A stretch of DNA of 63,207 bases, counting the filler, from Choristocarpus tenellus KU-1152 (lineage: Eukaryota > Protista > Phaeophyceae), in assembly GCA_964200185.2 (NCBI GenBank). It is 8 parts of 8 records of this genome, joined end to end, with 100 filler letters (N's around TTAATTAATTAA, not from the genome) between each part and the next. Parts side by side here need not be neighbours in the genome. Positions count along the whole stretch, not along the records: positions 1 to 3,864 come from CAXNAD020017508.1; positions 3,965 to 20,170 come from CAXNAD020000860.1; 6 more parts are not named here. One strand, given 5' to 3'. The notes beneath the pieces were generated by a model. That model was not told the DNA's origin. It did no database searches and saw only the letters and a program-made list of their open reading frames with translations. Below, one piece after another: positions 1 through 11,525 of the stretch. Position 1 is the first letter of the stretch. The number at the start of each line of letters is the position of its first letter. The position numbers and the translations under genes were made by a program.

Positions 1-19
1 CCCCCAGATACGTTGACCC
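1..19. mobile_element. MITE family A, terminal fragment at window start
   Basis: CCCCCAGATACGTTGACCC matches the family A terminal inverted repeat (CCCCCAGATACTTTGAGCC). Confidence 0.7.
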
Positions 20-1039
20 TCTATTCCTTGATACCACGTGCATTTCTAACTGGGAAGATAGGAACGGAAGATTCATTAATTGTAGACCTAATCAGAACTA
101 TACACTTTGTCATTTTTGAAGGTCTAATTCAGAAGGAACAAGTGCATACTCCGATTAGGACAGACAAAATTTGACTGAGATTGTATCCTGTGACATTGTG
201 GACAGACACTTTCAAAGGGAACATGGATATAAATTAATCACATTTGTGATTAGGGAGATCGGAACTGGGGACCCATTTATTCTAGGCCAAGTCAGAGACG
301 TATGCTTTGTAACTTTTGAAGATGTGTTTCAGAAGGAGCAAGTATATACTCCGATTAGCCCAGATACAAACTGACTCTGATGGTATTCTGTGACTCTTCG
401 GACAGATGATACCAAGAAAAATAAGAGTATTTCTTGATCCACTTTGGCCCTGGTTGGAGTTATATACTACCTCTATGCCATAAGTTTATGCCATGAAACA
501 TCTGGGCTCGCCGAGCAAGAACGGCGCCGAATCGGACGATAAACCCCACAGAATGAAATTGGGTTGACAATCTCAGCTTTTAGAAAAGGTGGGGGTTGAG
601 GATAATCAGGTACAAACTCGAGGTGCTTCAAGCCGTCAAAGTAGGGGTCTTTTGGGGTAATTTTGAGGCCAGAACTGGGTACGTTGAGGGTCAGAATGTT
701 GGCATGGCAACCCCCCCATTGACCCCCCCGCGTAGGAAGGGTGCCCAAGTGTCCCTGAATACCAGGGTTGCGCTTGCAGTGCGGCATGCCCTCACGATGG
801 TCCCTGGTCAGCATAAACTGCCGCGACATGTTGGGCCAGCCTTCATAGAGCGGAGTTTGGAGTGTCTGAGTGTTACATGCGAGGGCTCTGGGAGGACGTC
901 GCTGATCAGCTCGCCCTTGACCATACCCTTGACCTAGGAGTGGTGGTATTTAGAGGGCAGCCTTCGGAGCTCACACCGACCAAGATGGCCACAATACATA
1001 GTACCGTCTCCGATAATCAGCTATCCACAGTGCATCAGG

Positions 1040-2052
1040 TGACAATGAAGATGGCTGCCAAGAGGCTGAATTATAGCACGAGCACCATAAACAGGTGGTT
1101 GGATGATATGGGAGCTATGCCGAATCGCCGCTGGATCAAACACAAGCTTAAATCGTGGCAAAAGGTATGGAGAACGGACTTTGTCTGCGATCCAAGTGAA
1201 AAAACGTTGTGTGTATGCCTCCATGGCGAACACAATTCATGTGGATGAAACCTGGTTTTATGTGATGGGTGATGGGGAAAGGGTTAGGGTATTTCTGCAT
1301 GAGGATGATAGCGACCTTTCGGGGTCCCCTACTGTGCAAGACAAGAGTCATACCCCCCAAGCAATGATTATTGCAGTCAATGCCCGCCCTTATTTGGCTT
1401 ACAGGTTTGATGGAAAGCTTGGTGTTTGGTGTGTGTGCGCGCCAAAAACGGCAGACAGGGCAAGCAAGAACCATAAAAAGAGTGTGTGTATGAGCAGGAC
1501 TGTACTTTAGACCATTTGTGGTACAGGAAGTGGTACACGGAGGAGTTACTGCCTGCAATCAAGACCAATACATCTTGGTTGCAGGGGAAGCACGTTGTTG
1601 TTCGGTAAGACGGTGCCACCCCCCCCACGGGCAAGGGCGACTCAGAAATCTTGTCAGGGGCAGGAAAGACTGAGGGGTGGCCGATTAGGCTTGTGACACA
1701 GCCATCTAACTCCCCCTACCTCAATATCATGGACCTGTGCTTCTTCAGAGTCGAAGTATCTTAGAGGGTAGAGCGACGTCCGTTTGGGGGTCAAAATCCA
1801 ATGTTGCGATTTTGAAGTAATTTTGGCTATTGTGTTTGTTAGGAAGTGTCCATTATCCTTGTTCCGGACACACCTTTTCATAACTTATGAATTTTACCTA
1901 CTCCGAAACATTTCGGAGTAGGAAAATGTCATAAAAAATCGGTGGGAAGCCAAGCCTCAAATGGACAAACAGGGGAAAATTCGTACCTTCTAAGATACTT
2001 TCACTCTCAGGTCTTTAAAATATGTACGCACAGACGATGGTGCAGGACATTA
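1040..2052 (+). pseudogene. Degenerate Tc1/mariner-superfamily transposase (DD40D spacing, DD39D/plant-mariner-like), interrupted by a family B MITE
   Basis: HTH-like KMAAKRLNYSTSTINRWL; IHVDETWFY (first Asp); VVR*DGATP (QQDNATPH-like, with a stop); QPSNSPYLNIMDLCFF(R)SLK. Contains frameshifts and a nonsense codon. Confidence 0.85.
1748..2006. mobile_element. MITE family B, full copy (259 bp)
   Basis: Termini GAGTCGAAGTATCTTAGAGGGTA / TACCTTCTAAGATACTTTCACTC; TCA duplicated on both sides; removing it restores the reading FFRSLK of the transposase. Confidence 0.92.
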
Positions 2053-2737
2053 AGGATATATAGGGTTGGGGTATTTGACCAGAAGCAAATGACGGAATGT
2101 TAGAGTCGGAGTATTTCTGACGTGTGCGAGAGAACTTTTGAGTCATTTACTATAAGACTCGGTGAGTCTCATCTAGTGATGGTGTCTTACTCTCTTCTCA
2201 ACTGTGATACAAGCTAATAAACAATGATAAAACTGGTTGTGTGGGACAACAGATCGTCAAGGATAGCTTAACAGGGATCTATTCTCAAAATAAACTAGGA
2301 GATATGTCGATTATTGTTGGTAACAACCGGATAATTTGGAACTGGAGTCCCTATGTCATTAAATGGCAACCAATACATGCTGCTGCAGCACGATCTGAGG
2401 TGATGGATGATACTCATTATCTTAACCTGTGACAATCGCCAGTGGTAAGCGTGAAACATGTATACCTTAGTTCACGCTGGAGGGCATGTTACAGGCAAAT
2501 AGTGCGAGTATTTCTTCCCGCATTCTAACAAGCACGAGCAGTGTACGCGCGTGTGGAACCCCAAAAAGCGGGAACTCCGATTTGTAAAAGTTGCAAAGTA
2601 AGATCTTTAACTCGGGAATGCATGCAACAGTTCTCAGATGTACTTCAACGTCTGTAAATCGAGATAAAAATAAATTGGTAAGCGATGACAAAAGGCCCCA
2701 TGTGGGTCACTCTTATCTGATACCAATTCTCATATCA

Positions 2738-2895
2738 AACCCAAAGTATCTAAGGTGGGGTCCATTTTTTCTTGTCGTGATTTTTTGGTTATTTGGTTGC
2801 ATATGTCGGATGGATAATGTAAATGCACTTTCCTGATATGGGCAATGGACACCCTGGTGTGGACCCCCCTTCCACCCCCCGAGATCCTTTTAGTC
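2738..2895. mobile_element. MITE family A, internally deleted copy
   Basis: CCAAAGTATCT...GTCGGATGGATAATGTAAATGCAC...CAATGGACACCCTGGTGT...AGATCCTTTTAGTC; TCA flanks. Confidence 0.8.
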
Positions 2896-3813
2896 TCATG
2901 CTTATTGATTCATAAGAGTACCCTTATCTGCTGACCTGACATTCATTGGACCTTTTGACTTTCAGAGTATCCTGGGAGCCTTGTACGAGCATCAGCGTCA
3001 TCTACAGGCCTGTGGATTGGGGCTATACATGATATAAGTTTTTGGAGCGTGCTGTAACAGTACACCCCCCACTTCAAAGGTATTACATGCTGTTATTAAT
3101 AGTGTACCATAGTATCAAATATCATAATTATATCATCTCCACTTCAGTCTTGGAACTATCCTTAAACATTGTCAGAGGCACTACATACACACTGTACTGG
3201 CTTCGCATACTAACTACTTCAGCAACAAACTGCCTCACTAGGACATATTGTATTGTCTCTGTTTAGCCTTGCTTCTCACACGATTGGGTTTAGGTATCCC
3301 ACCCCTTGTCGCACCTCCTCCCAGTTTGGTCTGGTGCTAGCTCCCTCTTTGATGTTATAATTCCATTATCACTATTATATGATACTAACATTATTATATT
3401 GATATCATGATAATTATTGTGAAAGGAACAAATTAGGAGGAAACAAAAAAAAATCTAGGACACTAAAAAAGGAGGCGAAGTTTCATTTTGCAGGCCACAC
3501 TTTGCTGCATCATAAGCGAAGCCCTCACAGTCCAGGAGCTGTGCGATGCATTGGAAAGGTCAGGATTGTGGAGTTCTACAGGTATACCTTTCGTCCACAA
3601 GTAGTCCTGCTAAAGTGTGCCCCTCAAAACTCGCCTCCGCAGGATGTACAACTCAAATCCAACGACCTCAAAACGACGCTATGGGGGCATTGTCCTTGAT
3701 AACAGTTTGAAGGGTGTTAGGTGTCCTTTTCTTCTTGATATTCCACTCAGTGCTTAGCTCAAAGCTCGACTCAAAGTTTCGTTCAAGATAAAGATAAGAC
3801 TGAAGGCAAGTGG

Positions 3814-3864
3814 GGGTCAAAGTATCTGGGGGGGGGGGGGGGGGTTGTGGGGGGGGGGCCGGTT
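3814..3864. mobile_element. MITE family A, truncated at contig end
   Basis: GGGTCAAAGTATCTGGGGG followed by a G-run, then the linker. Confidence 0.75.
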
Positions 3865-3964
3865 NNNNNNNNNNNNNNNNNNNNNNNNNNNNNNNNNNNN
3901 NNNNNNNNTTAATTAATTAANNNNNNNNNNNNNNNNNNNNNNNNNNNNNNNNNNNNNNNNNNNN
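3865..3964. other. Artificial contig-joining linker (also at 20171-20270, 25823-25922, 36655-36754, 44283-44382, 48031-48130, 52466-52565)
   Basis: Identical 100-nt N44-TTAATTAATTAA-N44 spacer with stops in all six frames, seven times. Confidence 0.98.
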
Positions 3965-4029
3965 CAGGGAAGCCAAGCCCCAAATGGACAAACAGGGCAA
4001 AACTCGTACCCTCTAAGATACTTTCACTC
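3965..4029. mobile_element. MITE family B, terminal fragment at contig start
   Basis: CCCCAAATGGACAAACAGGGCAAAACTCGTACCCTCTAAGATACTTTCACTC. Confidence 0.88.
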
Positions 4030-4420
4030 ATTATTAGTTGTAGTACTCCTAAGAAGATGGGGAAGTATACACAAGAATGTATGTGTAGAAATGGTGAAGG
4101 CATTACACTATAGAACGAGGAGGATATGCAGTGCTTATTTTGTTCACCTTGCTTTCATTCCCACCAAGAGGATTTCACCCACTGTATTTGAATTGTACTG
4201 TATAGTACCTATCTATTCAAGGTGCTCAATGCTATTTCCAGATGCAAGGTTGTCCAATGGACTGTTCCATGATGCCATATCACATGTATTATTTATACTG
4301 TAGATTGACTCAGTTGATACAAACCAACTACACCTGGCATAGTGTTTTGAAAGGTTGATTGATCCTAACGTAGACTATATTTATTATTAGAATAATTGCA
4401 CTATTAATTTTTATATTCGT

Positions 4421-4670
4421 AATTATGTAATGAAGAGAAAAATGTAATTATGTAATGAAGAGAAATGTGTAATTATGTAATGAAGAGAAAAGTGCAATTA
4501 TGTAATGAAGAGAAAAGTGTAATTATGTAATGAAGAGAAAAGTGCAATTATGTAATGAAGAGAAAAGTGCAATTATGTAATGAAGAGAAAAGTGTAATTA
4601 TGTAATGAAGAGAAAAGTGCAATTATGTAATGAAGAGAAAAGTGTAATTATGTAATGAAGAGAAAAGTGC
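4421..4670. repeat. 25-bp minisatellite, about 10 copies
   Basis: Unit AATTATGTAATGAAGAGAAAAGTGY in tandem, no spacers. Confidence 0.95.
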
Positions 4671-4688
4671 TCCTCTTGCATTGTACAG

Positions 4689-7600
4689 GAAAGGAAGGAA
4701 ATTTGGATTGGATTGCAGCATACCTTTCATGTCATGTGACCACCACAGTGATACAAATATCAAGTATCAAATATCTAGTAACTATTGACTCGTTATGTAT
4801 TTAGTACTATTTTCATGTTACACGCAGTCACCATTGTTGCAATTTTATTTTGTATTTTTTATATTAATCCTTCCATCCAAGAGGACAATCACCGTTGTTT
4901 CCCATAACTCTTGCCACCGGAGGGGCATGAAGGAATGGTCACTCTAACCGTAACTTACGATATGTGATTACCATTATAATTGCGATCACTTTATTACCTT
5001 TAAAAGAGTATAGTTTCCATTACTGTTCCTGTTATTAATGCAGCACAAGAACACTTTTTTGCCTGTGGGTGAGGTTCAGTCGTATCTTTTTATTACAAAT
5101 GTAAGTTGGTTGAGTTAATCAAGTATCTACAGTCGTTAGCCCAATATTAACATTATTGTCAACAGCGATCTTACCCTCTCCTTGGTATGGCATTTGTTCG
5201 GTGTCAACTGTGTTCAGCTCATCGAAGTCGAGCTTGTATGTGCCAAGAATCTCAAGGCGGCTGACTCAGGTAGAAGCACTCCCTTCATGATTGGACACTC
5301 TCACTTTCTTGCTATTGTTTATTGCGGGCAGAGGGCATTGAGGGAGTTCATTCTAGGGGCTTCAGATATTTTTGCATGTTTTTTTATGAACTTTTTATGC
5401 TTCTCAAGCCAAACAATATATATTTATGTATATATATATATGTACATAGATAGGCCGATGCTTGAGATTCCTTTGTGTAGACTGACTACATTGGCTTGTT
5501 GCCTCTTGTCTTGCAGTGTGTACCCTGTGAAAGCCCTCTCAAGATGTGATTGCATGCCCTTATTTTTTCACATGAAACACTTACAAACCTACCAAGATCT
5601 GTGTTCCCGAGAGAATGAAGCGTTCTTGTTTCCACGACCAGTCTGCTTTGATTGGTGAACTGCTATTTGCATGTTTGTTCCCTTGATGACTTGTTCTGGT
5701 CAACAATTGATTGCCTGTTAGGAAGCAGTGTGTGCAATCCATATGTGAACCTCAGGGTAGTGCCGCTTCAGGAGGGGGTTGGGGAACAGGCGAAGCAGGC
5801 AACGCTCAACTTGCAGACGCTTAACCAAAGATGGGTGAGAAGGGATCAGGGGGAAGTATGTGTATAGCACTAAGTATCAGGACACACACAGAGTGTGCAG
5901 TGGTTAATATCCAACAAAATCAATCACAAAGCAGGCAGTACATCATGTATTTATAGTACTAATTTTTATGGTTTTTATGGGGGTTATTCTCAATACTAGA
6001 GTCGGTAGTCTTCATTTGATTGTATCTTGTATCTTGTGCTGTTTCTGTTATTTTATTTTTTGTGTTGGTGATGATAAGAGTGTTGAAGTTGGTGATGATA
6101 AGAGTGAAGTTGGTGATGGTAAGAGTGTTGAAGTTGTTGATGTTGGCATCAGTATTAGTATTAGTATCAGTAGGTATGTTTGCAGTGTCATGTGTTAAAG
6201 ATGTAATATTCTCATAAACCTTAGCTGTCTAATAAATGCTGGTGGTTTGAGCACCTCTCAGATTTTAGTGATTATAAGTTGGTGTAGAGTGATTATATCA
6301 AGGTTAGGGTTAGGGTTTAGGTCAACATGCTCCATGTTAGTTGTGTTGGTTACTTGACTGTGTCTGTGTGCTGTTGATTGTTGCATGCTGATGCCATTTT
6401 GATGCCATTTTAGTGGGAGACGAGGTCACTTCAAACACTTTGCTTTGTTCTTGTTCGCCCTAAGATGGATTTGACTATGTGGATAACATAACATAACATG
6501 GCTAATAATCCAATAGTCTAATAACCTAGTAACTGAAACTGCAGTGTCTGCAATGCATGAAATGTTTCCCATCAGGGTAGTAGGGAGTTGTTAACATTTT
6601 TTGTTACAAGTCAGTCAAGGGCTCTCCTCCTGTTCTCAGTAATGAACTGTGCACAACCCACCCAAAGTGGACAAAGGGGGACAGACCACAGAGAAGGATC
6701 AGGGTTAGGGTTAGGGTTACAGTATGGTCGCTCACGGGCATCAAAGAGGAGCATTTTACATAGTGGCGTGAAGAGATTGCCCCCCTTCAGTGATACTCCA
6801 CTTGGTGAGGGAATGCTGGACATACTGGACTTATTTCCACCTCAGGGGAACATAGGGAATGTTGCCAGACAAGGGGATGGAAGGCGTGTATCTTTGACAC
6901 TGAGGGATCCCATTACTAAGAGGTAAGGCTTGGTGATTGACATTCGATGATCTATTTATTATTTTGTTACAAGCATTGATTGGCATAGCTTATTGGTTGG
7001 GGGGTTTTAAAGTAAGGTTAGTGTTAGGGTTAGTTACTACACTGTAATTGTGTGACATGTTGAAGGTTGAAACTGTAACACTGCTTTGAAGTGTACATTG
7101 TGTTTGCCTTATCACATCACAACACTTTGTAGTAGTCACAACACTTTATAGTGGTCGTAACACTTTATAGTAGTTGTATCACTTTGTAGCAGCCACAACA
7201 CTTTACAGTAGTCATAACACTCTGTAGCAGTTGTATCGCTTTGTAGCAGTCACAACACTTTATAGTAGTCATAACACTTTGTAGTAGTTGTATCGCTTTG
7301 TAGCAGTCACAACACTTTATAGTAGTCATAACACTTTATAGTAGTCATAACACTTTGTAGCAGTCACAACACTTTATAGTAGTCATAACACTTTGTAGCA
7401 GTCACAACACTTTATAGTAGTCACAACACTTTACAGTAGTCATAACACTTTGTAGTAGTTGTATCGCTTTGTAGCAGTCACAACACTTTATAGTAGTCAT
7501 AACACTTTATAGTAGTCATAACACTTTATAGTAGTCATAACACTTTATAGTAGTCATAACACTTTGTAGCAGTCACAACACTTTATAGTAGTCATAACAC

Positions 7601-10600
7601 TTTATAGTAGTCATAACACTTTATAGCAGTCACAACACTTTATAGTAGTCATAACACTTTGTAGTAGTCACAACACTTTATAGTAGTCATAACACTTTAT
7701 AGCAGTCACAACACTTTGTAGCAGTCACAACACTTTATAGTAGTCACAACACTTTACAGTAGTCATAACACTTTATAGCAGTACGAAAGTAAGAACTTTT
7801 GGTAGTACTTGGACTGGTGCGACTGGAGTGGATGGATGAGTACTATGAACAAGACACTGTTGTCAGTTGGTAGGTTGCAGTTCTGCGATGGAGTGTTCAT
7901 GGCATCATTTAGTAGGTTTAGACTGTTGTAGCACCGAACATCTTTTTGATTTTGAGAAACATTGTTATTTTTATACAACAATGATAATATGGCAATGACC
8001 TGCTGCATCTTCTAGTGTTCAGTTTAGTGTCCTTTGCCTCACAATTTTCGTAATGGTATTCTGTTCTTACTACACAAACCTTTTCAGTGTTTGAAATATA
8101 TTGTAAGTACAGCTTTTATGGCAGTCATTTTTTGGTCTCCAACTAGGTACTGCATTCTAGTTTTTTATTTTGGGGGGTTAGGATTATGAGTTACGGTTTG
8201 TAATATTCCTTGTATCTCTCTGTGCCACTATTATTATTATAATTATTATTATCCATTTTTTATTATCTTATTTTCTATGTTTATGTGATACTGCTGCTTT
8301 CCTTGGAGATGTTACCCATCTTGATCATTTTAGGGACCTCTGTAAAACATCTTTTTTTTCCTATGATCACCTTTGCAGGCGTACTTCATCCACGGTTGAG
8401 GTCATGTTACGATGTCGACACGTAGATGAGATCATGGACACATGTGAGCATAGGTGAGATGTGTGCTATTTGTTTGTAACTTATGTTTGTATCTTAACAG
8501 CTTTTTGATGCAGGCTAGGGTTAGGGTTAGGGTTAGGGTTACTGTTGTTATGTCTCGATTGCTATTTCTTATTCTTATAGTGCAGTTCTTGATTTTTTCT
8601 TAATGCAGTCCAATTTGTGAAAAGGTGGTGTGTGTTGTTAAGAGTATTTTGAAATTGTTAATAGCGGCATGAAAAGGTTTGATGTTGTCATGGAAGGAGT
8701 GTGGTATTGGTTAGACTATGTTTCCTTAAGAGAAATCCCAGGTAGAGGTTTGACTGTGTTGATAGCCTTGGAGTCTCGAAATATTCAATACCTGGCTTTG
8801 TACTTGATACAAAATAGCCCACTACTCTCACTACTCATTGATGCTCCTGAATGAAGCTAAGCAACTCATTTAGTGCTCCCTACCTTGATATCTACTAGTT
8901 CTTCATTAGTTTGTGCTTGTTAAATGGCGGGTTCAAATTTAACACTAAATTGATATTTAGCCATTTTTAGGATACTCTTGTGACATTGGTCTATCACATT
9001 GATATATCATTCACAATGCAAGTAGTAAAACAATGCTACTTTAGACTTGTGATTATTTTCAACTTGCATCTCTGAGTTTATGACCTCAGTATAGTGTGGT
9101 TTAGAATGAAAGTACCTTAGAGGGTACGAGTTTTGCCCTGTTTGTCCATTTGGGGTATACCCTTTTGGCTTCCCATGGGTTTTTTTATGACGTTTTCCCA
9201 CTCCAAAATGTGTCGGAGTAGGTAAAATGTATACATTTTGAAAAGGTGTGTCCAGAACAAGGATATTGACACTTCCTAACAAACACCATAGCTGAAATTA
9301 CATCAAAATCACAACAATGGATTTTGGCCCCCAAATGGATGCGTCCCTACCCTCTAACATACTTTGACTCTCAATATATCATCAGAGGCTCACTGTGTGG
9401 CGGTATTGCTTTAAGTATATGAGAAGTGATGCCTTGGAAAAGAAGATTTAGAAGATATACCATCAAGAAAATTATGCCATGATATATACATACATATGTA
9501 CATATTGATCATAGGGTTAGGATTAGGTGTGTCATCATGTCTATGCTATTAGTAGTATTTGCGTATGATGTTATCTATTCCATTTGAGATTTTTTTAACG
9601 GTAATCATTGTCTTTTTGTTTTTATTAGTGTTACAACCTCCATCAACCTTTTTATTTATATCATTCATTGCCCACTATGTGCCTTCAGTCTTTATATTAT
9701 TTTATTATGCATGTACCATAGTCACCCATGACGTATGAGCTACTATGTGTGATATGGAAATATGTTGGTAAGCCAAATCTCTCTCTCTCTCTCTCTCTCT
9801 ATTTGATAGGGTGTTTGAGCATGAGTATTGGACAGATACAGCAGGGTGGATAGGGTTAGGGCAAGACAACCGGGAAAGATGTGAGCAGTCACGATAAATA
9901 GGCAATGGTGTCATGCAAGCTGTCCCCACTTGAAGTTGTTTTGTTGCATACCTTTCACCCTCTTAGTATTAGCCTTAGTGTTAGGGTCAGGGTTAGGGTC
10001 AACTGGTAAGGTTTGAAGTGCAGTACATGGCAATTTTAAAGGAGAGTCTAGTGTCGAAGTCACTCTTGAATAGTACTGCATGTTATGTTTTGATAGTGCC
10101 AACCAGAAGGGGCCCTTCCTTCATGTGTGCTTGAAAGAAGCTCCCTAGTGGTCGCAAGTAATAGTAATTGTATTTTTAGTGGCATGTAGTAAGGATAGTG
10201 GTTGTAGGCAGTAGTAGTAGTAGTAGTATGCAGTAAGGATAGTGTTCATAAGTAATAGATACAGTATTATTGGTAGTATGTAGTAAGGATAGTGTTCATA
10301 AGTAGTAGTAGTAGTAGTAGTATGTAGTAAGGATAGTGGTCATAAGTAATAGATACAGTATTATTGGTAGTATGTAGTAAGGATAGTGTTCATAAGTAGT
10401 AGTAGTACGTAGTAAGGATAGTGGTCATAAGTAATATTTATAGGTCAATAATAGTATAGGCCTGCACGATGACTGTTGTGGTGTGATAGGGTTACCTCTA
10501 AGATGGCTATTAATACTATTAAACATTGCTGACAATGATGGATGTACAGTACTCCACTTTTGAAACTTTTGTGTATTTTGCGAATATGTTGTGGAAATAT

Positions 10601-11525
10601 TTTATCTCCCATGTGAGCTATGCCAATATTAGGTACCCCAATTGGGTAGCTCTTTGATTTGCTGTATTGAGTGGAGCTGTCTGAACAGGGACTATTTAAT
10701 AGAAGAGATCTAAGTGATTTGTTGCAGAGGTCAGAATTTTTGGTGAATGGTGTGAATGCTGTAACAGTTGAACTGTGGAATGTGTTCAACAGAGTACTGG
10801 TAGTAGTGTACTCACTGTGATACTGTCCTTTCAAAAAGGATCATGTTCTGCATATCTCGTCTCCATTTGGAAGTCATTCTTACCAGAGCTCTATGCTGAC
10901 ACTATGTAGTCTGTTGAGAATATGGTCTGCAAGTTTGCATACATGCGTGAATACAATACTTCGTAAGTACAATATGAGTGATATGTGTGTGTGTATTTGC
11001 CCATGTGTTCTCATTTTCTGACAGGGAGTACTATGGATGGAAGCGTGTTCAGTAACAGCTTCCAGGAGGTGGCACCTCCACCAGAGGACGACTCTGAGGT
11101 TAGCCCACAGTTTTCTCACCTTGGACTGCCTAACACCTCAGCCCTGACTGTCAATATAAAAATGTAGGGTTTATACTGTGCAACTGTTTGTGAGTCAAAG
11201 TTGACCTGTCCATAAAACATGCAAAAAACCTGTTAAAAACAGGGTATTAACATTGTGACACTTGCATTATTTATTTGCTCTGGTCGTTACATATGTATGT
11301 ATGCGAATTTTTATTATGTAGGTTGTTTTGCCATGGTGCCCATTTGGGGGATGGCAATACACTACACTGTTGTCAAGATGGCCCTCCTCAAATGCCAAGA
11401 CCACTGCTGAAGAGGACCATGCTGGGGAGGAACGAGACCAGATCTGGCTGGAGCATAGTCAGAATGTTGAGGTGGTGGAGAGACGAAGACTTTGGAGGCG
11501 TGTTTGTCTCCTAAGGCCTATCTAA
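4689..11525 (+). CDS. C2-domain + DysF(Pex24p/ferlin-type)-domain protein, 3' part, spliced
   Basis: Phase-compatible GT-AG exons 4689-4747 (less certain), 5218-5269, 5722-5834, 6576-6922, 8379-8453, 9810-9880, 11025-11098, 11322-11525(TAA). C2: IEVELVCAKNLKAADSGSSVCNPYVNLRV...TLNQRWGSRELLTFFV...LLFSVMN...DTPLGEGMLDILDL...STVEVMLR. DysF: VFEHEYWTDTAGW...WSTMDG...GGWQY...ERRRLWRR. Start codon not located. Confidence 0.82.
7118..7782. repeat. 19-bp minisatellite (about 35 units, with 18-bp variants) inside an intron
   Basis: Unit AACACTTTRTAGYAGTCAY; variant TATCGCTTTGTAGCAGTCAC. Confidence 0.95.
9104..9370. mobile_element. MITE family B, full copy in an intron (opposite orientation to 1748-2006)
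   Basis: GAATGAAAGTACCTTAGAGGGTA...TACCCTCTAACATACTTTGACTC; flanks TTA/TCA. Confidence 0.88.
10185..10432. repeat. Irregular tandem repeat with (TAG)n inserts, intronic
   Basis: Recurrent GTAGTAAGGATAGTGKTCATAAGTA units. Confidence 0.85.

Noticed and set aside
130-215. TnpB/Fanzor-like zinc ribbon (minus strand CPQCH...FVCP)
   Set aside because: No fourth Cys, no RuvC motifs, and the segment is part of a decayed tandem duplication
3865-3964. Recurrent TTAATTAATTAA palindrome flanked by Ns
   Set aside because: Artificial six-frame-stop linker of identical length each time, not biology
7118-7782. CRISPR-like appearance of the 19-bp and 25-bp arrays
   Set aside because: Head-to-tail units with no unique spacers, intronic location and no cas genes
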